This document shows, piece by piece, positions 18,669 through 20,919 of a DNA stretch of 20,919 bases. How positions within the stretch are numbered: the first letter of the stretch is position 1; each line of letters opens with the position of its first letter. A program made the position numbers and the translations under genes. This DNA is from Thelocarpon superellum (lineage: Eukaryota), in the NCBI GenBank assembly GCA_026025795.1, contig JAPEUG010000028.1, positions 62,001 through 82,919 on the forward strand. Reading direction: 5' to 3'. Under the pieces are notes generated by a model. It saw only the letters and a program-made list of their open reading frames with translations. It did not search any database and was not told the DNA's origin.

Positions 18669-19787
18669 TCAAGGAGCGAGCCGCTCGACGATCCATCCCG
18701 CCTTGTTAGGCTTTGCTCCGTTCACTTTTTCCACTGTCCCATGTCCATCCTGCTCACCCTTCTCCTCATGGTCAAACTCCCATGCCTGTCCGTCTTCTTC
18801 TTCTCCCGCGTTCTCGTAAAACTCAACCCCCGGTCGACGATAGCGAAATCGATCATGCAACCGCGACTGCCTACCCTGCCAGAACTCCACCATGTCAGGG
18901 ATGACGCGCACGCCGCCCCAGAAAGGCGGAATCGGGATCCGGTCTGTGTCTGCGAACTTTGCCGATATCGCGTGCACCCTTGCGTCCAGGACTGCGCGAC
19001 CGTCGTCTGCATCATCGGCCTTGGCAGTCGCTGCTGTGGCACCGGCCGAAGGGGACTCTGGGTCAGTCGCGGCCGTAGACGTAGAAGCAGACGGACGCAA
19101 AACTCTCGACTGCGGACTGGCCCAAGCCCCCACCTGACTCCCCTTTATCCTCGTGTTGAAGTACCTCTGCGCCTCTGCCATCTCCAGCGGCTCCGTCTCC
19201 CCCTCAATCCTCACTTGCCGTTCCATCTCCCGCCACCAAAAGGTGAGTGCCGCGCGCGGATTCGACCTCACATCCCTGCTCTTCCTCGACGTGCCCCAGT
19301 TTGAGAAAATGACAAACCCGCGTTCGTCTACTGTTTTCAGGTACACGACGCGCGCGGAGACGTGGCCGGTGGGCAACGAGGCCGTGGAGAAGGTGCAGGC
19401 TTCGGCGTGTGGGATGGACGCCGCTTGCGCGGCGGCGAACCAGTCGTGGAATTGAAGAAAGGGGGAGGGGGAGAGGGACGAGAAGGAGAGGGTGGAGAGC
19501 GTGTATTGTGGTGCTTGAGTGGGTGTCTTGCCGTCCGTGGTGGGAGGAGCGAGCGGTCCGGCGGGTGCGTCTGTGGATGTGAGTCGATGCGTAGGGGAGG
19601 GGGGGCGGAGGAAAGGCATTGTGAACTCACAGATGAGCTTGGCGGATTGAGGTGAGGAGGATGAGGTGGTTGGTAGAGACTTGTCCTTCTGAGACTGCTC
19701 CATCTTGAGGGTTGAGAAGGAATGCAAGGATGGTCGTGGACGGGCAAGGAGCTCAAGAGAGGTAATGATGGGTCGGAAGAGACGCAT
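18669..19787 (-). CDS. PDX3: Pyridoxine/pyridoxamine 5'-phosphate oxidase, about 352 aa; likely exons 19787-19631, 19570-18669
   Basis: Motifs SARVVYLK, SNWGTSRK, ERQVRIEG, SQVGAWASPQS, FWGG, EFWQGRQSRLHDRFRY, ERLAP. Probable 60-nt in-frame intron (GTGAGT...CTCAC...CAG). Confidence 0.96.
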   Translation of the reverse strand: MRLFRPIITSLELLARPRPSLHSFSTLKMEQSQKDKSLPTTSSSSPQSAKLICEFTMPFLRPPSPTHRLTSTDAPAGPLAPPTTDGKTPTQAPQYTLSTLSFSSLSPSPFLQFHDWFAAAQAASIPHAEACTFSTASLPTGHVSARVVYLKTVDERGFVIFSNWGTSRKSRDVRSNPRAALTFWWREMERQVRIEGETEPLEMAEAQRYFNTRIKGSQVGAWASPQSRVLRPSASTSTAATDPESPSAGATAATAKADDADDGRAVLDARVHAISAKFADTDRIPIPPFWGGVRVIPDMVEFWQGRQSRLHDRFRYRRPGVEFYENAGEEEDGQAWEFDHEEKGEQDGHGTVEKVNGAKPNKAGWIVERLAP

Positions 19788-20652
19788 TCGGGTGTGTAAG
19801 GATGAGTGTAGTCTTTAGATCATGGGACGTTGGGTGGTCGTAGGATCTAATTGAGCTTCGCTGCTCGCTCACGACGGCGGGAGATATCTGCCCCGTGCAG
19901 TAGACTTCAATTGACGGATGTTGTGTCGAAGCGCGGACAGGTGGGGCAGCTCGGTTGTCCGGTAACTAATCCGATCCTGTAGTATGTTACTCGTACTCCT
20001 GCGGCATCTCCCGTCGGCTACCGAGATCTTGCTGATCATTAGCTGGATGACGTGCATATCACGCGAGGACCGCCGTCGGCATCTGGTCACTGCAGGTGCT
20101 TGCAGGACCTACGTTTCTGAGACTCACGTGGTAAAGTTGATCCCGTTATCTGAACAACCTTGCTCCTCGTTCGAAGCCCCCGATGTAGGCATTCCAAAAG
20201 ATCACTTCTATTGACCGATGAACGGAAAATGTTCACTTTGTCTTTCCCAGTATTCCCAAGTCGCTTTGGGTCTGGCGAAACGATTCGCCACCAAAAAAAT
20301 AATGTATAGTTGGGCGCAAGCGATGACAAGAAAGCCCCAACGGATTCACCTGGCACTAATTCCGTCCCGACAGGCTTCTTGCCACTTTGTACACGCCGTG
20401 AGCCAGTGCCGACAGATCAGATCAGATCAGACACGAAGCCTTTATGCTAGTATTCCTCGGCAGGCTGGTCCAACATCATCGTACTCGTACCTGTACTCGT
20501 CTTCATACCGACGGGCTACTCGCTCGGCCACCCGGCATGGACGGGAAAGATTTGAGGCGAATGTAGGACGAAGTAGATCTAGTGCCGCACCGAAAGACTA
20601 AGGTAAGAGTACAGCGGGGGACCAAGCAAAACCAACAGTGAACGATGGGAAG

Positions 20653-20919
20653 TCAAGAACCAACGACATATGCTTCTACGCGTTCACTCCCTCCTGTCGC
20701 CCCAAAAATCAAATGAGGTTTTCGCGCGGCGAGATCGAGAATGGTTTGCGCAAAGACGCTGTTGGCCCACGCGAACCAGCTCCCTGGCGGAAACCCAATG
20801 CGTTAGCACGGACGCAGTCGAGCGCTGCCCATGGCCATCGGTCGCACTCACGGGTATATGACTGCAAATTCTGCACGTGGATGCTCTCGTGGATCAAGCC
20901 CAATCGACTCGCGTTCCGC
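20653..20919 (-). CDS. 3' end of a glycoside hydrolase family 125 (DUF1237/Mug157-like) gene; exons >20919-20852, 20783-20653
   Basis: Splicing a 68-nt intron (GTGAGT...CTAAC...CAG, 20851-20784) gives LGLIHESIHVQNLQSYTRSWFAWANSVFAQTILDLAARKPHLIF. HES and TRxWFAWAN are the recalled GH125 C-terminal motifs. Stop TGA at 20655-20653. Confidence 0.88.

Noticed and set aside
18576..19304. 242-aa plus-strand ORF
   Set aside because: Antisense shadow of PDX3.
19869..20601. Short ORFs, a (CAGAT)n repeat and an A-tract between PDX3 and the GH125 gene
   Set aside because: No recognisable protein or RNA gene; consistent with UTR/promoter sequence.
1..20919. CRISPR array, prokaryotic defence system, transposon, tRNA/rRNA
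   Set aside because: The sequence is intron-containing fungal DNA; no repeat-spacer arrays, terminal repeats, transposase/RT motifs or structured RNA genes were seen by eye.

Overview
GC-rich, gene-dense eukaryotic DNA from a filamentous ascomycete (Pezizomycotina), judged from short GT-AG introns with CTRAC-type branch points and from recognisable fungal proteins. Gene models were spliced by hand (18 introns, 46-102 nt). The housekeeping backbone is CCA1 (tRNA nucleotidyltransferase), TRS85/TRAPPC8, CHM7/CHMP7-like ESCRT protein, RAD18, POL32/Cdc27 (9 exons), PDX3, and the 3' end of a GH125 glycosidase that the ORF track shows only as a fragment. Four unrelated secreted cysteine-rich genes are slotted among them. 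One is a KP4 killer-toxin-like protein, convergent with a 451-aa modular Cys-rich protein. The others are a 102-aa protein with 10 mature Cys and a 268-aa two-exon protein. These secreted genes are the most novel content. No rRNA, tRNA, CRISPR array or intact transposon was recognised. All family assignments come from recalled motifs, not from database searches.
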